Assembly (NCBI GenBank): GCA_051879395.1
Contig: JBJELY010000161.1
Location: 7,882-71,881 of the forward strand
DNA length: 64,000 bases
Source: Roseburia sp.
GTDB lineage: Bacteria > Bacillota > Clostridia > Lachnospirales > Lachnospiraceae
Reading direction: 5' to 3'
The notes below the pieces were generated by a model. The model ran no database searches. It worked only from the letters and a program-made list of their open reading frames with translations, and had not been told where the DNA came from. Position numbers and translations under genes: made by a program. This document shows, in pieces, positions 48,965-58,176 of this stretch (positions are counted from its first letter, which is position 1; every line of letters starts with the position of its first letter).

Positions 48965-49381
48965 TTATTGATTATCAATTTCTAAAATACGGTCACCGTA
49001 TCTGGCTTCCATTCCTTCCTGTAACTTTACAAATGCCGGCACATATTCTTTTAAAATAACATCCACCAATTCTTTTGCTGCATTTCCATCATAAATATGT
49101 GTCATATCATTCTTGCTCTTTAGCATATGAATCCATACATCCTCATCCATATAGTCTGCATAAATTGTATATGCTGCCTTAATAATTTCTCGTGGTGAAC
49201 CAGTATTAGCAATCTGGCTTCCCTCATAACGCAAGAACTCTTTCATCACTTTCCAACCAAGTTCAAACTGCAACATGAATTTATCAATAATTCCACTGAT
49301 AATGAATTCATTTCCTAAGTCTTCATTTTCAGCTTTTCGAAGAATACTTAAATTTGAAATATAGTTTTCATATTTTTTCAT
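48965..49381 (-). CDS. HEPN (HI0074-like nucleotidyltransferase substrate-binding) protein
   Basis: GIIDKF..QFELGWK, SPREIIK, W..ML.SKNDMTHIYD. Confidence 0.88.
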   Translation of the reverse strand: MKKYENYISNLSILRKAENEDLGNEFIISGIIDKFMLQFELGWKVMKEFLRYEGSQIANTGSPREIIKAAYTIYADYMDEDVWIHMLKSKNDMTHIYDGNAAKELVDVILKEYVPAFVKLQEGMEARYGDRILEIDNQ

Positions 49382-49661
49382 AAAGAAGAATTCCCTCCTT
49401 TTCGATTGCCCTTCTTAGGTTTTCCTGAATTGCAGCATCCAAATCAACTATATCATAGGTTAGAAGTGTAGAAGTCTTTTCCTCCACATCCAAAGAAAAC
49501 AATATCTTATCGCCACCAGACACTGCCAAATCTATGTCACTGGTCTTTTGAAAAGTTCCTCTTGCCCTTGAGCCAAAAAGGATGACTTTTTCTATTTGAT
49601 GCAGTCTTGCCAATTCACATATTTCTTCCAAAACCTGCTCTTTTATTCCAATTTCCTGCAT
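49368..49661 (-). CDS. minimal nucleotidyltransferase (MNT)
   Basis: LFGSRARG....SDIDLAV, YDIVDL; start refined to MQEIG (GGAGG RBS). Confidence 0.92.
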   Translation of the reverse strand: MQEIGIKEQVLEEICELARLHQIEKVILFGSRARGTFQKTSDIDLAVSGGDKILFSLDVEEKTSTLLTYDIVDLDAAIQENLRRAIEKEGILLYEKI

Positions 49662-49675
49662 AGTGACCTCCAATC

Positions 49676-50032
49676 AAAAAGCCCGTCTTCCGAAACAATC
49701 TGCTTACTGCAAATCGCTCCAGAAGACGAGCAACTACCCGTGGTACCACTTCTTTTCACTTTCTCCTTACAGAGAAAGCCTCACCAAACGCGAATATCCC
49801 CTTTTCAAAAGATACCTCACGTCTTACCGCTATAACAGGCGGTTCCCGTCAAAACTTATCTGCTTTTCCGCTTTCTGATTCAAAACGCGGTAATAAATCA
49901 CCAGTTCAGTCCTGCCACTCCAAAGCCATCTTCGCTAACTCTTTCCTTCTTCTCTCACAGCAATCTGTCCTTTTCTAAAAACAGATGAGAAGTTCTCTGA
50001 AAAGTTCCAAGTCAGGTACTCTCTTTTTCCTT
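49676..50032 (-). ncRNA. T-box riboswitch, Met specifier
   Basis: AGAGAGTA, CAGAGA, GCTGTGA, specifier GAAG-ATG-GC (49927-49929), T-box AGTGGTACCACG (49739-49750), terminator 49676-49731. Confidence 0.88.
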
Positions 50033-50083
50033 GTGTTTCTATATTTCTGACTTGTTTTAGGGTAGCACGGAAACGCTCGGAAG

Positions 50084-51130
50084 TCAAGAGCTCTTCTGGT
50101 ATACCCATAAACTTTTTATCTGACTCTCGATACTTTCGTAAGACCAAAGCACCTCACTCTTCATCCGGCTATTTGGGTCGTTCACAATAATCTTTCCATC
50201 CTCGGTGCCGACCAGTACAATAAAATGTCCCGCTGCGGTAAAATATCCCGGACCAACGCTACAAATGATAGGATTTCCATTCTCCAGATAATTTAAGATT
50301 GTCTCCTTGTCCACAGAAATCTGACTTCCTGTCACGCCAAAAACTCTACATCCTTCATCCATCAGACTCCACATGGTACCTGTGCCATCCAGATAATAAC
50401 CGCTCTCCATGGCATAATCAGCAACTACATCTGGTGTTATATCATCCTGTCCGGTCAGACCTGTAACCACCATGGACAGGCAGGTCGGTCCACAACCGGA
50501 AAGCCCGATGACGCTTCCTCCATAACTATGATAACCCCAACGCTCGTCCCACTGAATAAAAAGCGAAAATGTCTCCTTTTTTTCCTCTCTTGTCAATTCC
50601 GCCGCCTTCCCGGATGCACTTCCTCCAAACAACGTCCCTTCCTGCGAATCTTCCACTAAAATTCCGTCCTGCAAAGCCGCTGCCGTAGTCAGATAAGCGA
50701 GGGCAAACTCTATCATCTCCGTATTGTTGCAGACCGCTTTTAACAAATCCTCCGGGTACAGTTCCTGCTGCTCCTGTAACACCGCACATTCCGGATGTTC
50801 TGCTACTAATTGTGCCAATCTCGTCTGCAACTCTTCCTCCGAAGTAATGGCAACCGGTTTTTCGATATCTGCCTCTTCTGCAGAAAAATCCCGTTCCACT
50901 TCAAAGGTATCACCTTTCCATCCAGCTAATCCTCCCAGGCCGTTCTTAATCAGAACGTGAACTCCTTCCAAAGCCAGTGCCAGCACAACAATGGTTGCTA
51001 TCACGCTCCCAATAAATTTCCTCATTGCTTTGCGTCTTGCCGCTTTTCTTTTCTCCCGCCGCCTCTGCTCAATCTGCTGTCTGTCACGCCCCACACTTTT
51101 CGTATCCCTAGAAATGTCAATCAAATCCAT
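50084..51130 (-). CDS. membrane-anchored C39-like (papain-fold) peptidase
   Basis: QWDERWG, SGCGPTCLSM, GHFIVL, VNDPNS. Confidence 0.85.
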   Translation of the reverse strand: MDLIDISRDTKSVGRDRQQIEQRRREKRKAARRKAMRKFIGSVIATIVVLALALEGVHVLIKNGLGGLAGWKGDTFEVERDFSAEEADIEKPVAITSEEELQTRLAQLVAEHPECAVLQEQQELYPEDLLKAVCNNTEMIEFALAYLTTAAALQDGILVEDSQEGTLFGGSASGKAAELTREEKKETFSLFIQWDERWGYHSYGGSVIGLSGCGPTCLSMVVTGLTGQDDITPDVVADYAMESGYYLDGTGTMWSLMDEGCRVFGVTGSQISVDKETILNYLENGNPIICSVGPGYFTAAGHFIVLVGTEDGKIIVNDPNSRMKSEVLWSYESIESQIKSLWVYQKSS

Positions 51131-51281
51131 AAAAAAAGAATACCTCCTTTATCTTCGCTCCAACACCAATCGTTGTCTCTATTATAAAGGGATATTCTTT
51201 CTTCTTTCTTAATAAAATTATTAACGTTTTATTATTTTTTTGCTAAGCTTCTTCTCTGCTCTTTTATCATTTGGGCAAAAA

Positions 51282-52874
51282 TTACCCTAAAATTTTCTTT
51301 AAGTCTTCTTCCGGCGTACTAATTAAGGAAATATTGTAATTGTCAACCAAATAATTCAACACATTTGGTGAAATAAATGCCGGAAGTGTAGGTCCTAAAT
51401 AAATATCCTTAATTCCAAGATATAATAAAGTAAGAAGAATGCATACTGCCTTCTGTTCGTACCAGGAAAGCACCATGGAAAGTGGTAATTCATTCACTTC
51501 ACACTTAAATGCTTCTGCCAAAGCAACCGCTACCTTGATGGCACTATATGCATCATTACACTGCCCCATGTCCATAATTCTTGGTAATCCACCAATTTCT
51601 CCGAGATCAAGGTCATTGAATCTGTATTTTCCACAAGCAAGTGTCAATATGACAGAATCCTTTGGTGTCTGTTTTACAAACTCTGTATAATAATTTCTTC
51701 CACTTCTCGCACCATCACATCCACCAACAAGGAAGAAGTGACTGATATCTCCTGCTTTAACGGCTTCTATTACCTTATCCGCCACACCAAGTACGGTTCC
51801 GTGACCAAATCCCGTTGTCACATATTCGCCGCCGTTGATTCCACTTCTTTTCTGGTCTTCCTTATATCCGCCCAGTTCTAATGCTTTTTCAATGACAGGT
51901 GTAAAATCTTTCTCCTCTCCAATGTGAATGATTTCCGGATAGGAAACTACTTCTGTTGTAAATACACGGTCTGCATAGCTTGGTTTCACTGGCATCAGGC
52001 AGTTTGTAGTAAAAAGAACAGCTCCCGGAATCTGATCAAACTCTTTCTGCTGATTCTGCCATGCGGTTCCAAAATTTCCTTTCAGATGTGAATATTTCTT
52101 CAGTTCCGGATACGCATGTGCCGGTAACATTTCTCCATGTGTATAAATATTAACGCCTTTGTCCTTCGTCTGCTCTAACAGTAATTCAAGGTCCTTCAAA
52201 TCATGACCTGTGATAACTATAAATGGTCCCTTTTCTACACTAAGTGGAACTTTTGTTGGCACCGGTGTTCCATAAGTTGTTGTATTTGCCTGATCTAATA
52301 ATGCCATACATTTTAGATTGACTTCTCCCACTTCTAAAACAACCGGTAACAGTTCTTCCATTCCCATATCATAACTTATGACACACAATGCCTTATAGAA
52401 GAATTGATTGACTTCTTCCTCTTCATATCCAAGTACCATCGCATGGTATGCATAGGCTGCCATACCACGAATCCCAAATAGAATCAATGATTTGAGAGAA
52501 CGAATATCTTCGTTGGCATTCCAGATGTCATTCATATCATAATCGTCCGTATTTCCACATTGGGAAACACACGCAGTACAGTTCGGTACTACTTTATTTT
52601 TCTCTTCTCTTACTTTTGTAATCATATCGGTAAGTGTTTTTTCATTAAAATTCACATTCGTAATCGTTGTGAATAATCCTTCAATGATAATTTTATCTGT
52701 ATTTGTTGTTTTAGGATTATTTCCACACGCTCTTGCTAAACCAATCAATGCGCCCGTCAATTCATCCTGCAAATTTGCTATATTCGCATCCTTTCCACAT
52801 ACTCCTGCATTTCCTGTACATCCAGTACAGCCTGCTGTCTGCTCGCACTGAAAACAAAACATTTTTTTCTCCAT
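51282..52874 (-). CDS. hcp: hydroxylamine reductase (hybrid cluster protein)
   Basis: MFCFQCEQT..C...GVCGK, TGHDL, THGEMLPAH, GGCDG, GQCNDAY, SWYEQKA. Confidence 0.97.
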   Translation of the reverse strand: MEKKMFCFQCEQTAGCTGCTGNAGVCGKDANIANLQDELTGALIGLARACGNNPKTTNTDKIIIEGLFTTITNVNFNEKTLTDMITKVREEKNKVVPNCTACVSQCGNTDDYDMNDIWNANEDIRSLKSLILFGIRGMAAYAYHAMVLGYEEEEVNQFFYKALCVISYDMGMEELLPVVLEVGEVNLKCMALLDQANTTTYGTPVPTKVPLSVEKGPFIVITGHDLKDLELLLEQTKDKGVNIYTHGEMLPAHAYPELKKYSHLKGNFGTAWQNQQKEFDQIPGAVLFTTNCLMPVKPSYADRVFTTEVVSYPEIIHIGEEKDFTPVIEKALELGGYKEDQKRSGINGGEYVTTGFGHGTVLGVADKVIEAVKAGDISHFFLVGGCDGARSGRNYYTEFVKQTPKDSVILTLACGKYRFNDLDLGEIGGLPRIMDMGQCNDAYSAIKVAVALAEAFKCEVNELPLSMVLSWYEQKAVCILLTLLYLGIKDIYLGPTLPAFISPNVLNYLVDNYNISLISTPEEDLKKILG

Positions 52875-52902
52875 ATTACTTTTCCTTTCTATTTTGCATC
52901 TT

Positions 52903-53107
52903 ATAGGCGATTGCGAAACTCTTTTTACTCTTTTCACAACAATATCCAATTTCTTGCTTTTCTTTCTGGAGTTGATTTCTCCAAGAAAAAATGTAGATTT
53001 TCGGAATTGCTTTTTACATTTTTTTCAAGTTAAAATCAACTCCAGAAAGAAAAGCAAGAAATATCATATTGATCTAAAAGAATAAAAAGAGTTTCGCAAT
53101 CGCCTAT
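52903..53107. mobile_element. about 205-bp fold-back (MITE-like) element in the hcp leader
   Basis: ATAGGCGATTGCGAAACTCTTTTTA...TAAAAAGAGTTTCGCAATCGCCTAT; inner arms TTTCTTGCTTTTCTTTCTGGAGTTGATTT perfectly complementary. Confidence 0.78.
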
Positions 53108-53155
53108 TACAACTTGACTTGACCGTTGTATTATGTCATAATCATTGCAACATAG

Positions 53156-53173
53156 ATGTTGTTATAACAACAT
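53156..53173. promoter_or_regulatory. putative HcpR (Crp/Fnr) operator
   Basis: Perfect 18-bp palindrome ATGTTGTTATAACAACAT between divergent hcp and a Crp/Fnr gene. Confidence 0.7.
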
Positions 53174-53189
53174 TGGGGGGGTAAATTTC

Positions 53190-53873
53190 ATGATAAAAAC
53201 AAACTTTTTAGCTACCACTCCACTTTTTAGAGGAATTACAGAAGCAGAAATAAAAAAAATTTTACCATGTCTTTTATTTGAAGAAAAATCTTATCGGAAG
53301 GGCGAATTTATCTATCGAATAGGTGACCACATTGACTCTTTAGGGATTCTCCTTTCCGGAAAACTTTCAATTGAAAATGATGATTTCTGGGGAAATAAAA
53401 CGATTCTAGCGATGATTTCTCCTGGAAATGTATTTGCAGAAACTTATGCGTGTATTCCTGGTGAGCAACTTATGGTAAACGTTGTGGCTATTGAGGAATG
53501 TCAGATTCTCTATCTGAATATGATCCGTATTCTTTCCTCTTGTAGTAACAACTGTGACTGCCACAACAAATTGATTCGCAACCTGTTAACGATTTCTGCA
53601 CAGAAAAACCTGAATCTTTCCAGACGCAGTTTTCACACCGCAGCAAAGACCATTCGTGCCAGACTTCTCTCTTACCTGTCCTATGAAGCAACAAAACATG
53701 GCAGCTATGATTTTGACATTCCATTTAACAGACAACAACTAGCAGATTATCTTAATATAGACAGAAGTGCTTTGTCGAATGAATTAAGCAAAATGACCAG
53801 AGATGGCTTCCTTACCACTCATCAGAATCATTTTGTACTATCTCAGAATAAACTAGAACATTTTGACATCTGA
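53190..53873 (+). CDS. Crp/Fnr family regulator (HcpR-like)
   Basis: PLFRGI, DFWGN, IPFNRQQLADYLNIDRSALSNEL; divergent from hcp. Confidence 0.9.
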   Translation: MIKTNFLATTPLFRGITEAEIKKILPCLLFEEKSYRKGEFIYRIGDHIDSLGILLSGKLSIENDDFWGNKTILAMISPGNVFAETYACIPGEQLMVNVVAIEECQILYLNMIRILSSCSNNCDCHNKLIRNLLTISAQKNLNLSRRSFHTAAKTIRARLLSYLSYEATKHGSYDFDIPFNRQQLADYLNIDRSALSNELSKMTRDGFLTTHQNHFVLSQNKLEHFDI

Positions 53874-53888
53874 ATTCTATCGAGAAAA

Positions 53889-53929
53889 AAGAAGAGGCCG
53901 ACCACATAAATTGCAATCTGCCTCTTCTT
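53889..53929. terminator. hairpin between convergent genes
   Basis: AAGAAGAGGC / GCCTCTTCTT. Confidence 0.55.
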
Positions 53930-53937
53930 ATTATTAC

Positions 53938-54693
53938 TTATGATTCAATTTTCTCTTCTTTTCTCTTCCAGAAAAAGAGCACTAGTCCTACCAACAGTAT
54001 TCCGATGGAAATAAACTGAGAAGTGGAAAGGCTTCCAACATTTCCACGGTAGTCATTTCTTAAAAATTCTATAAAGAAACGTCCGATACTATACATGATT
54101 AAATACAGTGCTGCCACTCTTCCTTTTGCTCTTTCTTTCCGCGCATAAAGCAGTAAAATTGCAAAAATTGCAAAGTCTCCTGCGCTGGAAATCAACTGCG
54201 TTGGAATTAATTTTACTCCGTTTGGTGCCAGCTTAGAATCCCAATACGTAATACTAAATGCTGATTCTGTTACTCTTCCATAGCAACATCCAGCAAAAAA
54301 GCAACCGATTCTTCCAAATCCCTGTGCCATTGCGACAGACGGCATAACTAGGTCAAAATAAGGAGTAAATTCCACTTTTCGCATTTTACAAAGAATCATT
54401 CCGGCTAAAATTCCGCCGATAATTCCTCCATAGACCACATATCCGTTGGAAAAATTCCAAAGAATAGACGGATCTTCTATGATTTCCGGTATACTTACAA
54501 TATAGTACAACAGTCGGGTTCCTATTGCTCCACCTATCACGGAGCTGATAAACAAATCAAAGACAATATCTTCGCTCAGTCCTCGCTTTTTTGCCCGTTT
54601 ACTTGTAACAACCAATGCCATTAAAAATCCAATTGCAATCATAACCCCATACATATGAATCGTAATTGGTCCTATCTGAATATCGTTATGCAT
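53938..54693 (-). CDS. lgt: prolipoprotein diacylglyceryl transferase family
   Basis: IHMYG, YGGIIGG, GRIGCFFAGCCYG, PTQL, RFFIEFLR. Confidence 0.9.
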   Translation of the reverse strand: MHNDIQIGPITIHMYGVMIAIGFLMALVVTSKRAKKRGLSEDIVFDLFISSVIGGAIGTRLLYYIVSIPEIIEDPSILWNFSNGYVVYGGIIGGILAGMILCKMRKVEFTPYFDLVMPSVAMAQGFGRIGCFFAGCCYGRVTESAFSITYWDSKLAPNGVKLIPTQLISSAGDFAIFAILLLYARKERAKGRVAALYLIMYSIGRFFIEFLRNDYRGNVGSLSTSQFISIGILLVGLVLFFWKRKEEKIES

Positions 54694-54776
54694 ATATCCC
54701 CCTTTTTCATTACACTTTGATGTCACATTCCATGTGCTCTACACATACTGCCGACATTATAACATATTCCTTTCTC

Positions 54777-54820
54777 AAAAAAAATAGTTGGTTTCTATTT
54801 CCTAGAAGCCAACTATTTTT
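54777..54820. terminator. bidirectional intrinsic terminator
   Basis: AAAAATAGTTGG...CCAACTATTTTT. Confidence 0.7.
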
Positions 54821-54966
54821 ACTGTCCCCCTTATCCCTACACCCTCTACCAAAATATATTTTCGAAATTGTATGTGCAAATACATCCCAAAAACCAGCAA
54901 AACAATGCTATTTGTGCAAAAATTGTTACTAAAGTCAACTTGTGATCCCATCATAAACTCGAATTA

Positions 54967-55305
54967 TTATTTTTTATTCTTCGGAATATAAATCTGTGTA
55001 ACCATATCCCCATTAATTATCCTGATATTATTTTTCTCTTCAACCTTAATCCAGTTTTCTTCAATAGATAAAACTTTGGCCTTAAAACCACTAAGTTCTC
55101 CCTCTATGCATATTACAACTTCTTTTCCAATACATTCATTTAACATTTCTGTTGGCATAAGTCTTTTTATTCCTTTCTTCTTTAATCGCTTATTTTTTCT
55201 AATAATTCTACGTCTTCTTTTTTGTTGAGTCATAAACATGACAAAGACCATAAATAATATAAACCATACATACCAATTTGATGAAATTACAATCACCTCT
55301 TTCAA
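54967..55305 (-). CDS. small membrane-anchored protein with an Sm-like beta domain
   Basis: TM, basic stretch, IGKEVVI...IEENWIKV...IINGDMV. Confidence 0.65.
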   Translation of the reverse strand: MKEVIVISSNWYVWFILFMVFVMFMTQQKRRRRIIRKNKRLKKKGIKRLMPTEMLNECIGKEVVICIEGELSGFKAKVLSIEENWIKVEEKNNIRIINGDMVTQIYIPKNKK

Positions 55306-55451
55306 TTAGACAACTTCGGAGTTATATGTCGGATTAGCATCTTATAATTATCTTTTTTAAATATAAGCTTCCATCTGTCAGGGGCCTAAAAATTATACTA
55401 CTCTTTATATTCAAGAACCGCAATAGCTTCATAAGTTTTCTCATTTATCTT

Positions 55452-56453
55452 CTATGCCAATAATTGCATTACAATCTGTACCAGCCAAAAAATACAGTAT
55501 AATCCCATACCGATATTTAAGACTGATGTTGTAAATCGCTTTCCTCTCGGAACTTGGCAAGTCGACGGATTCAGAACAAACTTCTTACGTTTTACGATTA
55601 ATAGAATAATCCCTACAATTGCAATTACAATTACTGAAATTGAAAATATACTTACAACCAGCATTCCCAAAGCATGTTCGGTGCTTAATGCCAAAATTTC
55701 TGCTTCTGATGCACCATTTGCTACTGCTTCCGTCACTGCATTATAACCACTCTTTTCCAAAAGAAATGATCCCAAAAATCCACTGATAAAATTTATAGTC
55801 GCATGAAGTGAAATAACATGAAGTACATTTCTAGTCTTTAAGTAAATAAATGCAAGGAACACACCTAATGTAAATGCATATACAAACTGATTCAAATTTC
55901 CGTGATATAAACCGAACATAAATCCTGAAAGTAAAATTGTCAATCCTTCTCCATACTTTGCAGTTCGATCTATTAATAATTTACGGAAAATGAATTCTTC
56001 CACGATAGGAGCGCCAATCACTACAACAATAAAGTTTCCTACCGGATTCAATACACCCATAACATCTGCAATCACATTATCTACACCTTCCGGCTTGATA
56101 AGCCCAATAAGTCCTGTAATGCCTAAGCCAACATAATTTGATACCGTAAAAATCCCATAACTCATCACAAATGCTACAATCCACTGCCCAATCGTCATTT
56201 TCTTCTTTTCAACCGGTTCATCCACCTTAATTCTACTTACCATAAAGTACAAAATAGGTGCTCCGATTACAAACATAGGAATCATCATCCATAAAAAATG
56301 TGATGTCGAATTTTCTGCAACACTTGGATTCAACCATATCGCAATATTAGAAAATCCCAATTGAATTCCTACAAAGATAATCATTCCTATAAAATAACGA
56401 AATCCTATTCTTGAAAATTGTTTTCGTGTGTCTTTTAATACATTGTTTTCCAT
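55452..56453 (-). CDS. CPBP (CAAX/Abi) intramembrane metalloprotease
   Basis: APIVEEFIFR, FGLYHGN, HATIN. Confidence 0.92.
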   Translation of the reverse strand: MENNVLKDTRKQFSRIGFRYFIGMIIFVGIQLGFSNIAIWLNPSVAENSTSHFLWMMIPMFVIGAPILYFMVSRIKVDEPVEKKKMTIGQWIVAFVMSYGIFTVSNYVGLGITGLIGLIKPEGVDNVIADVMGVLNPVGNFIVVVIGAPIVEEFIFRKLLIDRTAKYGEGLTILLSGFMFGLYHGNLNQFVYAFTLGVFLAFIYLKTRNVLHVISLHATINFISGFLGSFLLEKSGYNAVTEAVANGASEAEILALSTEHALGMLVVSIFSISVIVIAIVGIILLIVKRKKFVLNPSTCQVPRGKRFTTSVLNIGMGLYCIFWLVQIVMQLLA

Positions 56454-56543
56454 AACCCTTTTTCTCTCTCACCTTTCTCGAATTGTACCCACGTTCCTAT
56501 AAGCATTTTCCCGGTAACAAGTAGTTATCGCCATTTGACAATT

Positions 56544-57320
56544 TTATTTTGATTCCTTCATACAATTGATACAATAACTTACAACAGAAACCATCCAGAT
56601 AATTGTCACTATTGCTACCGGGAGAATTCCAATATTCCAGATAAATCCCGCTAACACACAAAATACCCATAGTACCAGACAACACATATGTGTTGCTTTG
56701 TAAGATTTGTATCCAGCTTTATAAATTGCCATTTTTTCGGCCTCGTCACAACTTGATTCCCATTTTTTTGCAAAATCCATATCATAAACGCTTCCACGTT
56801 TTTCCGGATTCATCTCACGTTCAAAATCCACGATTACTTTCTGGCTTGCCATCGTCAATACTATCGTCAGGATCAATGCTACCAAGTTCATTCCCAAAAT
56901 GCCAGCAGTATAATTGTCTCCCAGAACGGCCATTCCACTTGCTCCTACTGCAAAAAAGAAATATCCCTGAATCATATCTACACTTGAAAACAAGAGTGCG
57001 ATAGATAGCTCACCTTCAATTTGACGCATCTGCTCTTCATCATCTTCTTCCCAATTTGCATACATTTTTCTTGCATGTTTATACAAACACATTGCAATAA
57101 GAATGAGAATTACATTCAGGGTCAAACTGCAATAACCCGAACTTACAATAAGCAGATTCTGAATTCCCTCTGCTGTCATCTCTGCAAAGCTGTATTTCAG
57201 CAGACATACCACCATGCCCACAAATACCCCCACCACAAGGCTAATTCCCAAAATAATCGCAAATCTTGCTCCTGCCTTTTTATTATCCTGTCGAATTTGT
57301 TTTTTAATTTCCTGTTCCAT
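56544..57320 (-). CDS. DUF3169-like membrane protein
   Basis: 6 TM; NPEKRG...W..SCDEAEK; downstream of an XRE regulator. Confidence 0.75.
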   Translation of the reverse strand: MEQEIKKQIRQDNKKAGARFAIILGISLVVGVFVGMVVCLLKYSFAEMTAEGIQNLLIVSSGYCSLTLNVILILIAMCLYKHARKMYANWEEDDEEQMRQIEGELSIALLFSSVDMIQGYFFFAVGASGMAVLGDNYTAGILGMNLVALILTIVLTMASQKVIVDFEREMNPEKRGSVYDMDFAKKWESSCDEAEKMAIYKAGYKSYKATHMCCLVLWVFCVLAGFIWNIGILPVAIVTIIWMVSVVSYCINCMKESK

Positions 57321-57368
57321 AACAATTGCTCCTCTCTATTTTCACCTATCTTTTACAGAATTCTTCTT

Positions 57369-57590
57369 TCACTCTTCTCCCGAAGTTCCATCTTCTTCAT
57401 AAGAAAAAATGTCTTCAACAGATACATCAAATACTTTTGCAATTTTTAAAGCAAGTACCACTGATGGCGAATAGTCTCCCCGTTCAATCTGGCTGATTGT
57501 CTGCCTGGAAACACCGACCATTCTTCCCATTTCCTGCTGGTTCACATTAATCTTTGCCCGGTATTCTTTCAAATGATTATATAATGGCAA
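57369..57590 (-). CDS. XRE-family HTH regulator
   Basis: VSRQTISQIERGDYSPSVVLALKIA. Confidence 0.92.
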   Translation of the reverse strand: MPLYNHLKEYRAKINVNQQEMGRMVGVSRQTISQIERGDYSPSVVLALKIAKVFDVSVEDIFSYEEDGTSGEE

Positions 57591-57613
57591 TTTGCTCGCC
57601 TCCTATCCTTTTC

Positions 57614-57695
57614 TGAAAGCTTTTCTTGTCATCTTGACAACTTTTGTTGTCATATTTGTTAGCCTTATTATATGTTTGACAAGGAAAGTTGTCAA
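57614..57695 (-). promoter_or_regulatory. sigma-A promoter with three TGACAA-N6-TTGTCA-type operators
   Basis: TTGACA-17-TATAAT (57667-57695); palindromes at 57677-57694 and 57635-57652, degenerate copy at 57614-57631. Confidence 0.7.
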
Positions 57696-57772
57696 TACTT
57701 TTTTCAAAAAAACGCTCTCCAAATATCTTTTATTGATATTTGAAAAGCGCTTTTCTTCTTTTTTATTCTATT

Positions 57773-58147
57773 TTAATCCTCAAACATGTCATCTAACTTT
57801 GCTCCGCACTTGCTACAAAATGCTGTATTTTCCGGCATTTTTGTACCGCAAACCGGGCATTCTTTTGCACCCTGGATTCTTAAAATCTCCGACTGCATAC
57901 GATTCATTTCTTCCAATGCTTCACGAATCATTGCAAATTCTTCTGCATGTTCCGAATTTTCTTCTTCCTGATGTGTTTCGTAGAAGATTCTTCCTAATTC
58001 CTGATAATGTTTATTCACAAAATCTTCTTTTGCCTTGATATCTAACTTTAATTTTGCAATTTCTGAAGCTTCTTTTGCCTTCTGAGATACTTCTTTTCCT
58101 GCTGTAAACAGAGAACCTTTTACATCTTCAAATACTGACATTGTCAT
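57773..58147 (-). CDS. coiled-coil / zinc-ribbon protein
   Basis: CPVCG......FCSKCG. Confidence 0.85.
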   Translation of the reverse strand: MTMSVFEDVKGSLFTAGKEVSQKAKEASEIAKLKLDIKAKEDFVNKHYQELGRIFYETHQEEENSEHAEEFAMIREALEEMNRMQSEILRIQGAKECPVCGTKMPENTAFCSKCGAKLDDMFED

Positions 58148-58176
58148 GAACCTCCTTTTGAACTATCTTTTCTTTT

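Noticed and set aside
49663-50147. ORFs 49663-49878 (+) and 49935-50147 (-)
   Set aside because: They overlap the T-box RNA, which explains the sequence
52875-53085. N-terminal extension of Hcp and ORF 52894-53085
   Set aside because: Both read through the palindromic element; the real Hcp start is MEKKMFC at 52874
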